DNA from: Amoebidium appalachense
Lineage: Eukaryota; Protista; Ichthyosporea
DNA: 64,000 bases
Direction of reading: 5' to 3'
Assembly (NCBI GenBank): GCA_963693365.1
Contig: CAVNZM010000007.1
Coordinates: forward strand, 5,205,962 to 5,269,961
Shown here: positions 62,842-64,000 of the stretch, in pieces
Position numbering within the stretch: position 1 is the first letter of the stretch
Layout of the letters: every line of letters begins with the position of its first letter
Position numbers and translations under genes: made by a program
Notes under the pieces: generated by a model
Databases searched by the model: none
Told to the model about the DNA's origin: nothing
Seen by the model: the letters and a program-made list of their open reading frames with translations, nothing else

Positions 62842-64000
62842 GGTCCATCTTCAAAGGAGCTTCTATGCCTTCACAAACGAGTTTCGACTGTCGGAATGGG
62901 GAGAGTAATATATCGGGATCAGGCTCCGACCTAGCGTTTTAAAAATCAAGCACCCATTCGCCGCAAACAACCCTCCATTCGCCAAGGGAGTGGGTAGATG
63001 CCTTTGAGTAAAGACCCGGCAAAGGCATGAAACAAGTGTGCGCGTACCAGGTGTGCCGCTAGCAATTTCGGGAAGTAAGTTACTAGTTTTGGGGCAGGGA
63101 AACAAAGAGGTTAGCAAAAGTCGGTGAGCTTGAGCGAGGAATCGTTTGGAAAAGCGCGGAATACCTTCCAACGCATGGGAAGGCGATTCTTCAGCGACGA
63201 AGGTTCGATTGGCTTGCAGATTACCATGTTGGTGTCAGCCAATTAATGGCTCACGACACAATCAAAGTTGTGGTGTCGAACCGATACCGATCAAAGCTCC
63301 AGCTATTGTGTGGGGAGGCCACACGGGTGTTCGAATACCACTGGAGAATTATTGAATTTCCCTGTTCTAGATTTCCCTCTACCATGCATGTGGTAGGACG
63401 GACATGCCCAGCCAATGAAAAGACTTTCTTCAAGGCACAACGACACACCAACACGAGCTACTTTCAGCCCTATACTTCTCTTTCCACCCTTTTTTTCCCT
63501 TTCTTTAACATAACCCTAAGCTCTTCTAATAAATAGTACGTATTATTTACGTTCAAGAACAACCTTTACGAAAGAGTGACTACAACGTTCATCAGCCCAG
63601 CGGCTCGACTCAGCTGAATCCGGAAATGGAATTTACAGTCCGCCTCAATTTCCATATATAGCTAGAAAAAAATAATTTATAAGTTGAAGGTTTGGGTGAT
63701 GGCAACTGAGCCATCAAGCCTTGCGTTGAATGATTGAACGATGTTTCAGCTGACCATAGGTTGGTCAAATACATATCAATTTTGGTTTGTTATTTATCAC
63801 GCATGTTTTAGGAGCGGTTTGTGGTGACTTTTACCAGCCAATCATTTCACGCTAGAAGTTTGGCGGGCATTCCAAACTTACTAGCGGAGGCTCAGGCTGA
63901 CAAGCAGCCTGTCAGGCTGAGCCTGAGCGGCTCAACACTGAGCCTCCTTTTCACAGACTCGCTGGATAAATGGATCTCGGGGCTGCACGTGGGAGTCAAG

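Noticed and set aside
63297-63346. tRNA-like T-arm (GGTGTTCGAATACC) within a TCCAG/CTGGA stem
   Set aside because: Only about 50 nt, with no D arm and no 7-nt anticodon loop.

Overview
This is eukaryotic genomic DNA with many spliceosomal GT-AG introns packed with (CA/GT)n, (CT)n and long poly-C/poly-G tracts. Nearly all ORFs in the supplied track are low-complexity artefacts. The gene content and snoRNA targets suggest a unicellular holozoan or similar protist, but that is inference only. By hand-splicing exons I recover four protein genes: (1) a partial minus-strand MYND zinc-finger gene running off the left edge; (2) a 3-exon secreted non-animal heme peroxidase with a C-terminal 6-Cys module (+, 16899-19951); (3) a 23-exon extended-synaptotagmin/tricalbin-like TM-SMP-4xC2 gene (-, 22773-42082); and (4) a gene of at least 23 exons for an AMPK/MARK-related kinase with an EF-hand-like N-terminus and a C-terminal START domain (-, 43803 to at least 61222). 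Between genes 1 and 2 lies an apparently non-coding plus-strand host transcript carrying a snoRNA cluster: a C/D guide for SSU Am100 (SNORD57/snR51-like), an H/ACA RNA with both targets of human SNORA9, and an unusually large (~300 nt) multibranched H/ACA RNA. Introns also hold three TTAA-flanked MITEs, a dispersed repeat family, and repeated local duplications of exon ends and splice sites. Exon coordinates, RNA folds and rRNA pairings were derived by eye, with rRNA sequences recalled from memory, and need computational confirmation.
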